DNA of 64,000 bases from Takakia lepidozioides (taxonomy: Eukaryota > Plantae > Bryophyta), in contig CM060733.1 of the NCBI GenBank assembly GCA_030704615.1, positions 62,682,001-62,746,000 on the forward strand. Direction: 5' to 3'. The notes under the pieces are model-generated. The model saw only the letters and a program-made list of their open reading frames with translations, made no database searches and was not told the origin of the DNA. This document shows, one piece after another, positions 1-11,300 of the stretch (positions are counted from its first letter, which is position 1; every line of letters starts with the position of its first letter). A program made the translations under genes and the position numbers.

Positions 1-1890
1 TTTGATAGTATTTGATTTGATGCTAATGACATAGTATGGTCGTATATTACAAGTGTTATGTGGCTTGCATGAACCGCTAGATAAGAGTACATTCTAGTAT
101 TAAGGAACAATTCAATGTTTGAATTTGTTGGATTGAAGTGAGTTTCATTGAAGCACATTATATGAGATTGTTGTATATTAAAGTCGGAAAAAAATCCTCT
201 TTATGTAACGACAATGATCTAGTGTTTAAAGATTGCACAATGACATGGGATTCTCTTGAGAATGGGAATTAATAGTTTCCAACGAGCACTAATGCGAAGC
301 CATTGCATTTCGTCGGCAACGCCATTATCAACATGCAAATTATTTGATTGCAAAGCTGTGATAAGATATAAAATTTCTTTTTGTCGAATTCGAGAAAGTG
401 CCGTGTATGTTAGACCGTGTTTATTTACACCCTTAGGGTTGAACGCCAAATAATCCAAAGTTAATCCTTGGGAATGATGGATAGTTCGAGCAGAAGCCAA
501 TTTGAATTGGAAATTGGGTTCTGGTAATGATATGTTTCGTATTAGATTCTATTTGTATTTCTTTTGAAACTGGTTGGATTGGCGTCCACAACAAACAATT
601 TGGTATTATTCTCTTGATTATATAAATATTTATTTTTTGCACGCGTAACAATTCCTGATTTTGGATTATTAAATTGGATCCATATTAAAATAGTTGAGTT
701 TGACAAAACAGAAAAATGTTTAAAAATTTCATCGGCTCCATTTACAAGTCCATCATGTGTAGCATAATTTCCTGCGCACAATTCTATCTTTCTTAACACG
801 AATCGTTGTGTGCAAACCTGCTGTGGCATTAGCATTATCGAGCAACTTGAAATTAGAAGGGCATGTATCATGATGTTTATCAACAGCTTGAAATATATAG
901 ATTTGTCCGATTGTTTGTTTGAATATTCTTTCATTGTGCTGTAACATTTCTTTGTTCGTATAATACAAATGTGGAAATGTAGGATCGTTAGGTGGTGGAC
1001 GACAACATTGATTGTTAATAATATGTATATCATATTGCGTTTGTGTGGCTCTTCTTAATCGATACAATATATCTATGAACTGCGTATTTGATTGACGCAT
1101 AACTTGATTTAGCTCATAACATATAATAAAATCATGCCAAAAATTTTGAGTCAATGAAGCTGGTCCTTCATTTATTTTCTTAAAAACCCAAGAATCTCTC
1201 ACAGGTGGTGCTTGATAAAAATCTCCAATAATTATGACATCTAGGTTTCTGAAAAAATGATAGTGTATGCGTTTGATTGACCTTAATCTCATGTCTGCAA
1301 ACGTAAACATTTTGTTGCCAATGAGAGATACTTCATCCAAAACCATGAGTTGAAGTTGGTCAAACGATTTTGCTAATGTATCTAATCGTTCTGATCCAAG
1401 AAATGGTAACTCTTTACAATTTAGCGGAATATTAAGTCATGAGTGCATTGTTGTTCCATCTATATTGAATGCGGGTTTTCCTATATGTGCCATTAAAATT
1501 GATTTTTGTTTCAATGGATCAGCTTTCGGATGTCTATTATATATTCTAAGTAAACCTTGGATAAGTAGCAATAAAGTGAATGTCTTCCAGTGCCTTCTCC
1601 TCCTGTTAAAAATAAATGTATTGGTATTTCATGGGATACATGTTTTCTGTGCATACAATCATAAAAAATAGCACGTTGTTCTGATTGAGTTTACGTAATT
1701 GTCCATAGAACTCACAATTTGAAATAATATTGTCTGATGTATTACATGTATTAGCCTCGGGTATTGTCGAATCATTGTTTTGGGGTTTGCAATAGAATTC
1801 TGTATTTATATCATATGGTTCAATTTGTGCAAAGTTTGTGAATGGATGAATTGGACTAATATCGTCAACATCTGCAAATGTGTCCATCCA
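1..1890 (-). pseudogene. Helitron-type Rep/helicase remnant: PIF1-like SF1 helicase followed by an EEP/APE-like endonuclease N-terminus
   Basis: Fragmented minus-strand ORFs carry PIF1 motifs: a frameshifted Walker A (FLTGGEG-TGKTF, ~1580-1615), LDEVSLIG, GDFYQAPPV, ELNQVMRQ, DGLVNGA, RTQFPIQ, TIHHSQGLTLD and YTALSR. Downstream (~260 to 1) reads SLNTRSL..H...D.NI..SHIMCFNETH across a homopolymer frameshift. AT-rich, no introns, multiple frameshifts. Confidence 0.8.
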
Positions 1891-2339
1891 TATATCGTTG
1901 TTATTACTTTATTTTACGCTACCACACTGAACAGCAGAAGATGCAGATGAGGTTTCAGACTTATTCTAGTGGGGAGCATGGGACGTTACCTCCAGTTCCA
2001 CCACACACATATCTGTATGATGTGAGGGTCATGCTTCAAAGGGATCCAAAACTCCGTTCTTGGTTTTCTTTTGCTCTAGAGAAATTGGCCAAGGAGAACT
2101 TGGGCCTTGACCACATTTTTCCCAAAGGGCATGAAGCCAGGAAGTGGCTACACTTTTCCAAAGTCATCGGCACACCACTCAGCTATACAGATGAAGAGCT
2201 GCGGGCATATACTAATCTTGCCCGAAAGAGGTTGACACAAGTCCTACAATATAAACTTCCAGACATGGTGGTCATACATTATATGTCAGTCAAGCTTCAT
2301 GAAAAGCCACAAAAGGTTAGGAAACAGCACGGCCAAGCG

Positions 2340-3300
2340 ACATGGAGAGGATCACTCCCCTTCCCCCATCTTTTGCTCATAGGTCCCCATCTTTTCCCCT
2401 TGTTGTGCATACCCTGCAGTCATCGCACTCCACGACACCAAATCTTGTTCAGCCATATTGTCAAACACTCCCTCCGCATCTTCGATGCACCCATTTTGCA
2501 TACATGTCCACGAGGGTATTGTTGACAATCACATCTGGTACAATTCCTGCTTTTGCGATGCAACCATGCACCTCTTTGCCCTTTTCCAGGGCTTCCAGGC
2601 TTGCAAAGGCACAGACGTGATGTGGTCGGGCTCCACCATCATTTGCTCATAGGTCTCCAAAGCGTCCATCTCGCGCCCCTGCTGTGCATACCCTGCAAGC
2701 ATTGCGTTCCACAACACCACATTTCATTCAGCCATATTGTTAAACATTGCCTTTGCATCCTCGATGCTCCCACATTTGGCATACATGTCCCACAAGGGCA
2801 TTGTTCAGAATGACATCGGATATAATTCCAGCTCTAACAATGTCGCCATGGGCCTCTTTGCCCTTTTCCAGAGCTGCCAGGCTTGCACACGCATTGCAAA
2901 CGCACACAAACGTGATGTGGTTGGGCTTCACCCCTTCCCCCATCATTTGCTCATAGGTCTCCAAAGCCTCCACCCCACGTCCCTGCAGTGCATACCCTGC
3001 AAGCATCGCGCTCCACGACACCACATCTCGTTCAACCATATTGTTGAAAACTGCCTTTGCATCCTTAATACACCCACATTTGGCATACATGTCCACCAGG
3101 TAAGTGTTCAAAATGACATCTGGTACAATTCCAACTTTGACGATGTCATCATGGACCTCTTTCCCCTTTTCTAAGGCTCCCAGGCTTGCACACGCATTGC
3201 AAACCCAAATGAACGTGATGTGGTTGGGCTTCACCCCTTCGTGCATCATTTGCTCATAGGTCTCCAAAGCAATCGTACCACACCCATGCTTGGTAGATCC
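2340..3300 (-). pseudogene. PLS-class pentatricopeptide repeat gene fragment (frameshifted)
   Basis: Repeated P-L-S motifs such as GVKPNHITFIWVCNACASLGALEKGKEVH, LVDMYAKCGCIKDAKAVFNNMVERDVVSWSAMLAGYA. About three ~300-bp triplets in broken frames. Confidence 0.85.
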
Positions 3301-3619
3301 TCATCTCTGTTATCTGTTTTTGGATACTTTCCTGCTGCCACATCGGCAGTTACTTGTCAAAGTCATTCCAAACCACCACAGATTCACCCAACAAGCTAAC
3401 TTACAGAATTCAATATGCATCTCAGGGCTGAGTCTGATGAGCGGGTAAAACAGGCTGAAATAGGTCAACGAAGAAGGTGCCCTCACCACATTGTCCTTGA
3501 CAATTCAGTATGCATCTCAGGGCCGAGTCTGATGAGAGGGCAAAACAGGCTGAAATAGGTCATAGAAGAAGGTGCCCTCGCCACATTGGCCTTGACCTTG
3601 TGGTCCGACCCATGGAGGA

Positions 3620-4075
3620 TTTGACCACCCATGCTTGGTAAATCCTCCCAACATTATATTCCACGTGATCAAAGATGGTTGAGGCATTATGTTGAACACT
3701 TGGTGAGCATCCATGATGCTCTCGCACTTAACATACATGTTGACAAGGGTGTTGAGTAGAAAAACATTTGGCTAAATCCACTTTGTGTGAGTGTGCACTT
3801 GCTTTCCAGCTTCAAGGCCTGTCATCTTGATGCACTTATGCAAGAGACAGACATACGTAACTGAATTTGCTGAAATGCCTCCTTGGTTTAAAGTCTGTAG
3901 AGCCTCTTTCAGTCTTCCTGCCTCACAAAGATCTTCACATGCCCAAAAGTGCCAGAAGAGGCATTGTGGACTCCCTCTCTTGATCCTCTTCCAGAAGTTG
4001 TGGTCATGGTTGAGGTGCTTGATTTTATCAACTGTGCCGCTGCAGCTGTTGCCTTTAGTTGACCATCTACGCATG
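3620..4075 (-). pseudogene. PPR gene 5' fragment
   Basis: LCEAGRLKEALQTLNQ..SANSVTYVCLLHKC and MYVKCESIMDAHQVFNIMPQPSLITWNIMLGGFTKHG; interrupted by frameshift and repeat modules. Confidence 0.75.
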
Positions 4076-4779
4076 CAGGTTTCTTGTAGCTATTGATCCA
4101 CATGGAATCATATGTAATCGTGTGCTTGAAATCTGGCCCTCTTGGATGAATCTGGACCCACACTCTATCCCTTCTCCTTCAGCTATCCATGCCTCTGCAC
4201 AAATCATGCATTCATCTTTGCCCTTGCTGCTAGCAGCTGACAATGACAGCCTAGATTTGTTCTAGGAAACACCTAATCACACTAGTTCCTATGCTGAATT
4301 GTGTCTGCTACTCTCTGATCTAACATACATTCAACTTTTTGCCTCGGTTGTCCCACCATTGACTGGGTCAGAATTCAAATGGAAATTTAGGGCCGATCAT
4401 GAATACATCCTCAGCCTTGCTGCTAGCAGCTGACACTGATGGCGTGAAATTCTTCCCCAAACACCCCAACCCTACTTATTACAGTAGCACTCGATGAACT
4501 AACTTATAGTATTCGATATGCATCTCAGGGCCGAGTCTGATGAGAGGGCAAAACAGGCTGAAATAGGTCGAAGAAGCAGGTGCCCTCACCACATTGTCCT
4601 TGACCTTGTGGCATGACCCATGGAGGTTTTGGCCGACCATCAACCCAAAAAGACCTCTTGTGTGTGTTGTTTGTGTCTGTAGTCAGGTAATGTCGGATTG
4701 GTCTGTGAGAACCATTACGGTGCAGCTGAGCAGGCAGAGATTGAAACACGGCCTGCTAAGACCAAGCTGAATCTTGTCC

Positions 4780-5095
4780 TAGGGGTCATCAGCCCAAAAC
4801 CAATGGCCAGCTTCTCATTGTGGTGGCAAAGAGAAAATTCCTTTCCTCCTCCCCCACCTCATGCAATACAACGTGCGTGTTAGGCACATACCCCGCTGCA
4901 TCTGCCCAGACAATCTTCTCAGCTCAGCATGGATTTCCTTAATTCTAGGATGCAACTTGTCATCTAAAACGAAGGTGTGCACCCTGTTGCCAACCTCAAT
5001 GCAGCAGCGACCTGGCTCCTTTCTAACCCCTCTGACCTTGATCATTCTTCTCACCTTTGCAGTATCATGCCACCTGCTCCAGTGCCTTGCACACA
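4780..5095 (-). pseudogene. E+/DYW deaminase domain fragment of a PPR RNA-editing factor
   Basis: RGVRKEPGRCCIEVGNRVHTFVLDDKLHPRIKEIHAELRRL (PG box). After frameshifts it continues GYVPNTHVVLHEV and SLCHHNEKLAIGFGL, an HxE motif (canonical HSEKLA). The C-terminal half is missing. Confidence 0.8.
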
Positions 5096-7286
5096 CCAGC
5101 CATAATGGCTGAAGATACTAAAGTGTGCACAGTTTTCTCATCCTTGCACATAGACTCCTTATTTGTACATGTTTCTTGCGTTCCTCTGAGCTGTGTCAGC
5201 GATCCCTCGTAAACATATCACTTTGTAGTGACAACAATCACAGTGGACATAAGCAATTATCTAAATGGCCAACGAACTGTAAGCATACCTTATGTTATAT
5301 GCTTCCATCTATAGATCAGCTTCATTTTCATGGCACCTGCATCCTTTGCATCATCCATCTAAGATGATATCGATATAAATCAGTTACCCTCCTCAATGAT
5401 GGAAATCCCAGTCACATGGAAACACATCTTGAGTCAAATTGTACCTGTCATTTAGAAGCAAGCCATGTGCCGCTGCAACTGCTGCCTTTAGTTGACCATC
5501 TACCCATGCAGGTTTATTGTAGTTATTGATCCACATGGAATCATAGGTCATCTGGAGCTTGGCCTCTTGGATGAATCTGTCCACCCACACACTATCCCTG
5601 CACCTTCGGCTATCCATGCCTCTGCACAAATCATACATACATCCTTGCCTTGCTGCTATCAGCTGACAATAACAGCCTAGATTTGTTCTAGGAAACACCC
5701 AACTCAACTTATCACACTAGTTCCTATGCTCAATTGCATCTACTACTCTCTGTAATCCAGTAGGCATTCACCATTGTCTCACCATTGACTAGGGTCAGAA
5801 AAGTATTCATTCCACAGCCTCTCTTTGTTTCTGTTACCTGTTTCCCTGTTGTCACATTGGCAGTATCATGTCAAAGTCACTCCAAACTATCAAAGGTTCA
5901 CTCAACCAGCTAACTTGCAGAATTCAACATGAAAATTAGGGCCGATTGTCATAAGAGGGAAAAACAGGGTGAAATGTGTTGAAGAAGGTGCCTTCATTAG
6001 CAGTGCCTGAATTTATCAATTGTATCGCTGCTGTCGTGGCTTCCAGTTGACCATCTACCCATGCAGGTTTCTTATAGCTATCCTTCCACAGGGAATCGTA
6101 GGTGATCTAGTGCTTGAAATCCGGCCTTCTTGGATGAATCTGGACAAATGATTTGTCTTTGTAAACATAGTCTGGACAGCCGCATTGCGAAGATGAGGGA
6201 CAATGTTCTGAAAATGAACTCCACGCTTCTTTCACAGTTCGATGACGAAAAGCATCCACCTTTTTGTCCATTGTCCCACCATTGACTGGGGTCAGAAAAC
6301 TGTTCATCTCCTCATCTCTGTTATCTTTTTTTGGATATTTTCCTAGTGCCACATCGGCAATGACTTATCAAAGTCACTCCAAACAACCACAGATCCACCC
6401 AACGAGCTAATTTACAGAATTCAATATGCATCTCAAGGCCGAGTCAGATGAGAGGGAAAAACAGGCAAAAATAGGTTGAAGAAGAAGGTGCCCTCACCAC
6501 ATTGTCCTTGACCTTGTTTCATGACCCATGGAGGCCTGCTAGCAGCTGACACTGACCAACCCAATTATGAATTGCATCTGTTTCTCTCTGTAGTCCAACA
6601 TGCATTCACTTTTTTGTCTCCATTGTCCCACCATTGACTGGGGTCGGAAAAATATTCGTTCCCAAGCTTCTCCTCATCTCTGTTATCTGTTTTTGGACAC
6701 TTTCCTGCTGCCACAACGGCAGTAACTTGTCAGGGCCGAGTCTGATGAGAGGGCAAAACAGGCTGAAATAGGTCGAAGAAGAAGGTGCCCTCACCACATT
6801 GTCCTTGACCTTGTGTCATGACCCATGGAGGATTTGGCCAACCGTCAACCCAAAATGACCTCTGTGTGTGCAGCTTGTGTCTGTAGTCAGGTAATGTCGG
6901 ATTGGTATGTGAGAACCACCACGGTGCAGCTAAGCAGGCAGAGATTGAAACACGGCCTGCTAAGACCAAGCTGAATCTCCCAAGAGCCTTGTAAACATCA
7001 GGAAGAATACCAAATCATGGTACTAAGAGCCCCATTTGCAGGATGGACAAAATTCGTCACATCGTACATTAAGAACCTTGCGATTGCGGTTGTCCCACTA
7101 TCTGTGAGAGCTCCTGCTATGTGACAACTCCTTCTGTGTACTCATAATCCGTAAACTTCTCCATCTTCGAATCGCGATCGGCCTATGAAACCCCTCCTGC
7201 GGTTCAAGAAGATAAAAAAAAACGGGCAGTTTGGGCAGTCTCGAAACACTTTGTGCGACAAATTCTATTGGCGATTTTCGGACGGG

Positions 7287-7530
7287 TGTTGAGCGGCTTT
7301 TACTCACCCATCCCTTAGCTATCCGAGGTGGAAACTCCAAGATAGAAGAGTTGGATATCTCTAAGTACTCCTCCCGCTCAGAACAATCAGTCATGACCTA
7401 CAGTTAGTGTATCATGGGGGTGCTTTCCTATATCTATTCCTTCTTATATTCATGTTTAGTAAGTTACCTTACCGTCTATGATTAAGTATCAGATTGCTTC
7501 CGCAATCTACCATGTTCCATCTACTCAAGC
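7287..7530 (+). mobile_element. 5' end of a probable LTR, cut by the TIR transposon
   Basis: Starts TGTTGAGCGGCTTTTACTCACCCATCCC. Homologous in reverse complement to 23249-23470, which starts TGTCGAGCGG and abuts Gypsy pol sequence. Confidence 0.55.
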
Positions 7531-7749
7531 GGGGGCTGCTATTTCATGAGCGGCATGAGCATGAGCGGAAAAAAAAAAAACATGAGCAGACCATTGTGAG
7601 TCCACGGAAATAGGGTTAGGAGGCACGGAAATAGGGTCATGTGAAGTTGGAATGTGGCACCAGTGGACTTGAAATGCAACATTTTATTGCAAATTTTGTG
7701 GCAAGCCACGTCTATACAAGTGTGTTCTAACTGTCATAGCCGGAATGGG

Positions 7750-8244
7750 GTCTCCTACACCCTCCGAGGAACTTGCCCCACCTTCTTCCTCATCCCCCTC
7801 ATCCCCCTCATCCTCCAAGCTCTGTGATGCATCAGTTCCACTATGCCTCTCAAAAATCCCGTCCTCTCCTTGGGGGATTGTCCACCTCACCTCCTGGGAA
7901 TCTTCTGCGTCTTCTCCCCCACTTTCCTCAGCAGAATCCAAGACAAATCTACGAGCCCGACGGGCTCTAATAGCTGCTGCCTCCTCCCTCATCTTCATTT
8001 TCTTGAGGCTTGCCTCGTCTAAAATCTGCTGTACACGACTAGGTTCGGAACACCTCCTAATGGACACCGAAGCAAGCCGGGCAGCATAAGTAGGAAGGAT
8101 GTACTCCCTTTCTGGACTAGGCATGAAATCCCCCCTGGCAAAAAAAGGCACGTTCCTCCTGCCCATGAACTCCGGTGTAGACGTCCCTCCGGCAGTACTT
8201 GACATCCTACAGTAAGAACAAATCCACTTCAAGAATGTCAGCAC
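7750..8244 (-). CDS. Transposon cargo ORF2, acidic C-terminus, unknown function
   Basis: Near-identical copy at 61089-61583 (+). A diverged homolog at 54434-55318 conserves PFFAR..F..SP, LP.YA, F(V)..SA.ES and RW..P.GEDGIFE. Confidence 0.65.
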
Positions 8245-8325
8245 AACCAGAAAGGGTTTTCAATGAAATAAGAGAGCGGAGGGAGGTGCCTCACGAAATC
8301 TGGAGGCAACTTACAATGCCACCAC

Positions 8326-11300
8326 TCACTTGTAAACCGGGGGCTCCTCGGCCTCGATCCCAACTTCCTCCCCCTGCTCCTTCTCGGATTTTTCCTCATC
8401 CTCCGAGGATGCCTCTTCCTCTTTCGGCAGACGTTCAGCCGCTGCAAGTTCCGAGTTGTGGAGGGCAGTATCTGGCTCGAAGGCGAACACATGCCTGTCG
8501 GACAATGTCCCTGCCCACATTGAAGCACCTGAGGAACAAAGCGGGCGGTTAATAGCTTGCGGCATGCAATTGCAATCGGGCCAGGGGACAAACTGAGCAC
8601 GTGAAGGCTTACCCGTGCCGCATGTGAGGTCCAGAATCCGCCCTTGGACATCCGAGCACGTCTCCATGAGGGTTTGGATGAAAGCAGGGCTCCGGGTCCG
8701 GCTGTACCGCCACGGTTTGCCTATCTTTGTGTCCTTCGGCATACTGGAGTGGGGCACATAGTTGTAGAGGACATCGTAGGTTACAGGGTCCACAGCGGCA
8801 TCAACAAGACGACCGTCGTTGCGGAATTTGAACGTAGACCCTCTCTTCACAAAGCAATATGCCTCAAACACCAATGTCTGCACATCCAACAAAGAAGGGA
8901 TCAACTCCAGGGTCTACTTAACATACACCACAATATGAAGTGAATGCAATAGATTGATAACTTACACTTTGGCCCTCTGTTCGCAACCCCTGTGTACTGA
9001 TGCAGAACCATTTTCTGAGGAGGACCGGGGTGACACTTTTCGGTGTCCACCTTGCCACCGCATTCTCTGTGGTCTTCCCTCTCGTGGCAAGGACAACCAC
9101 ACATCCACCGTCATCCAGAAGCATCCCCGCCAGCCCAAACCCGGCTTTCCAGTAGTCCTCAGTAAACCTGTTCCAGGTGGGCACACCATCCAGGCCCTCC
9201 AGCAGCTCCTCATCTGGAATGTCGAGGAGAATCATGTTGCAAGCTCTCTCCACCTCAACCCCCCCCGAGTGCTCTTGCAATCCGTGCTCACAGCCGTGAA
9301 GAATTCCATCATGGCTTCAAAACCAGGGGTGTCTTTAGGCTCTGTACCGCCAGCCCTCTTCTTGGCTATCCCCTTCTGCTCCGCCAGAGACTTGCTGTGT
9401 GCCACCTTCTTCGCCCTGGCAGCGAGAGCGTCAAGGAAGCTCTCATTGACGCATTGGATGATGGTTGGAGGTTCTAGCTTTGGCCTGTGCGTAAACGTCA
9501 CCGCCGAATACTGTCGTGTAGGCTCGCCCTCAAATGCCAACTTCTTGGCAGAGCCAGTCCCACTCCGAACTGACTTGGGAACCCGGACGACCGGTGACTG
9601 GGTAGGAGCAACAGCAGTCGCAGGACCTTGAACAAAGTCGTCGTCCGAGTCACTCTCTTGGGTCCCCTCCTGCGCCTCCTCCGATGCCCCGATGGTTTTC
9701 TTCTTTTTGGGTGTTACTGCACTCACCTGTTTCCTTGTCCTTTTCCTTTGGCCTTTACTCTTCTCATGCAATTTCTCCCGAATTCCTGCTTGAGCAAGCT
9801 CTGCCGCTTTCCTGGAGTTCGCAAGCGCTTTTGCCTCTTTTGCACCCAACGGAGGCAGCGGAGCCCAGTTTCGTCGAAATTCAGCATCCAGCTTCAATTG
9901 AAACTCGGATGGGTCGAGCGAGCTGGGCGAAAGGTCCACATACCAAGGGCAATCACGCAAATGTTCCAGATGCCACTCCTTCACAATATCGTCAGTGTAC
10001 ATGGAGTCAGCCCCAGGGTTCCTCCATGCCAGGAAGAATGGTGGCTCGAAAGACAAATGACCTTTCTCCAAAAGGGAGAACTTGCAGTAGTTGCATTCAT
10101 GAAAAACACAATGAGGTCCCTGAAATGCATATTCGGCACCATTTTCCCAGGTTGGGGCAGATGTGAGTGGGCCTAGAAATGGAAAAATGGCGCCGAATTT
10201 CGGTTTTCGGTGACTGCCACCCTAGGGACTTAGCCATCTTGGGAGCCCTGAACTGGAAATTCGGCGCCATTTTTCCCGGTTTGGCCCGAAGATGGCCAAG
10301 TCCCAGAACCGCAATAGGGCCTAGAACTGGAAAAATGGCGCCGAATTTACAGTTCAGGGCCAGCCACCCTAGGGACTTAGCCCGAAAATGGCTACGTCCC
10401 TGAACGGCAATAGGGCCTAGAACTGGAAAATGGCGCCGAATTTCCAGTTCAGGGCCAACCACCCTAGGGACTTAGCCCGAAAACGGCTACGTCCCTGAAC
10501 GGCAATAGGGCCTAGAACTGGAAAATGGCGCCGAATTTCCACTTCAGGGCCAGCCACCCTAGGGACTTAGCCCGAAAATGGCTAAGTCCCTGAACGGCAA
10601 TAGGGCCTGGAACTGGAAAATGGCGCGGAATTTCCAGTTCAGTGCCAGTCAGTCTAGGGACTTAGCCATTTTCGGAGCCCTGACTGGAAATTCGGTGCCA
10701 TTTTCCCTAACACCACATGAGGCCTCTAACATCCTGAAATGCAAGGACTTGAAAGAAAGGCAGCGCGTATGTACCTGTACAGAAGGCGCATTGCTGCTTT
10801 GTCCGCGTTCGGCTGGTCGGTGAACTCGTGGCTCCAGCGAGCATCTGCTATCTCCCGAAAGAATAGGTTGGTTTTGTAGAGCAGAAAGTACCTCGTCACA
10901 TAGTCGCGTAGGCTCTCTGCTGCAGGAGATATCTCTATCTTGAACTGATGTGCTTGTGTGTCCAGCTGCTCTTGCGCATTCGTCGTCACCTGTGGAGATT
11001 CTCCATCAGATCGCTTTCCTGAAAAAATACAATGAATCCACCCCCTACTAGAGTAGAAGCCCCAAACGAAGCGTGGGGAAGTACCTGAAACCACCATGTC
11101 ATGCAGTTCATCCCCATGTCGAATGTGGGTTAGAGAGTTTGTCCGGTTTGGGGAAGCTCCACATGTCCCTGGTACTTTGGGAACCATTCCAGATTTGGAG
11201 CCACCGGGTCTGTCCAACCACCCAACATATTCGTAAGCGCCAAACACCACAAAAAGGAGTTGTTGCCACCACAATTTGGTTAAGAATGTATCACCTTTTC

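Larger units (their letters stand above)
3300..6975. repeat. Mosaic of shuffled 60-250-bp duplicated modules
   Basis: The module CAGGGCCGAGTCTGATGAGAGGGCAAAACAGGCTGAAATAGGTC..GAAGAAGGTGCCCTCACCACATTGTCC recurs at ~3421, 3515, 4523, 5935, 6431 and 6731. The module GTTGACCATCTAC.CATGCAGGTTT recurs at ~4058, 5491 and 6046. A ~240-bp block is shared by 4525-4770 and 6731-6975. Confidence 0.85.
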
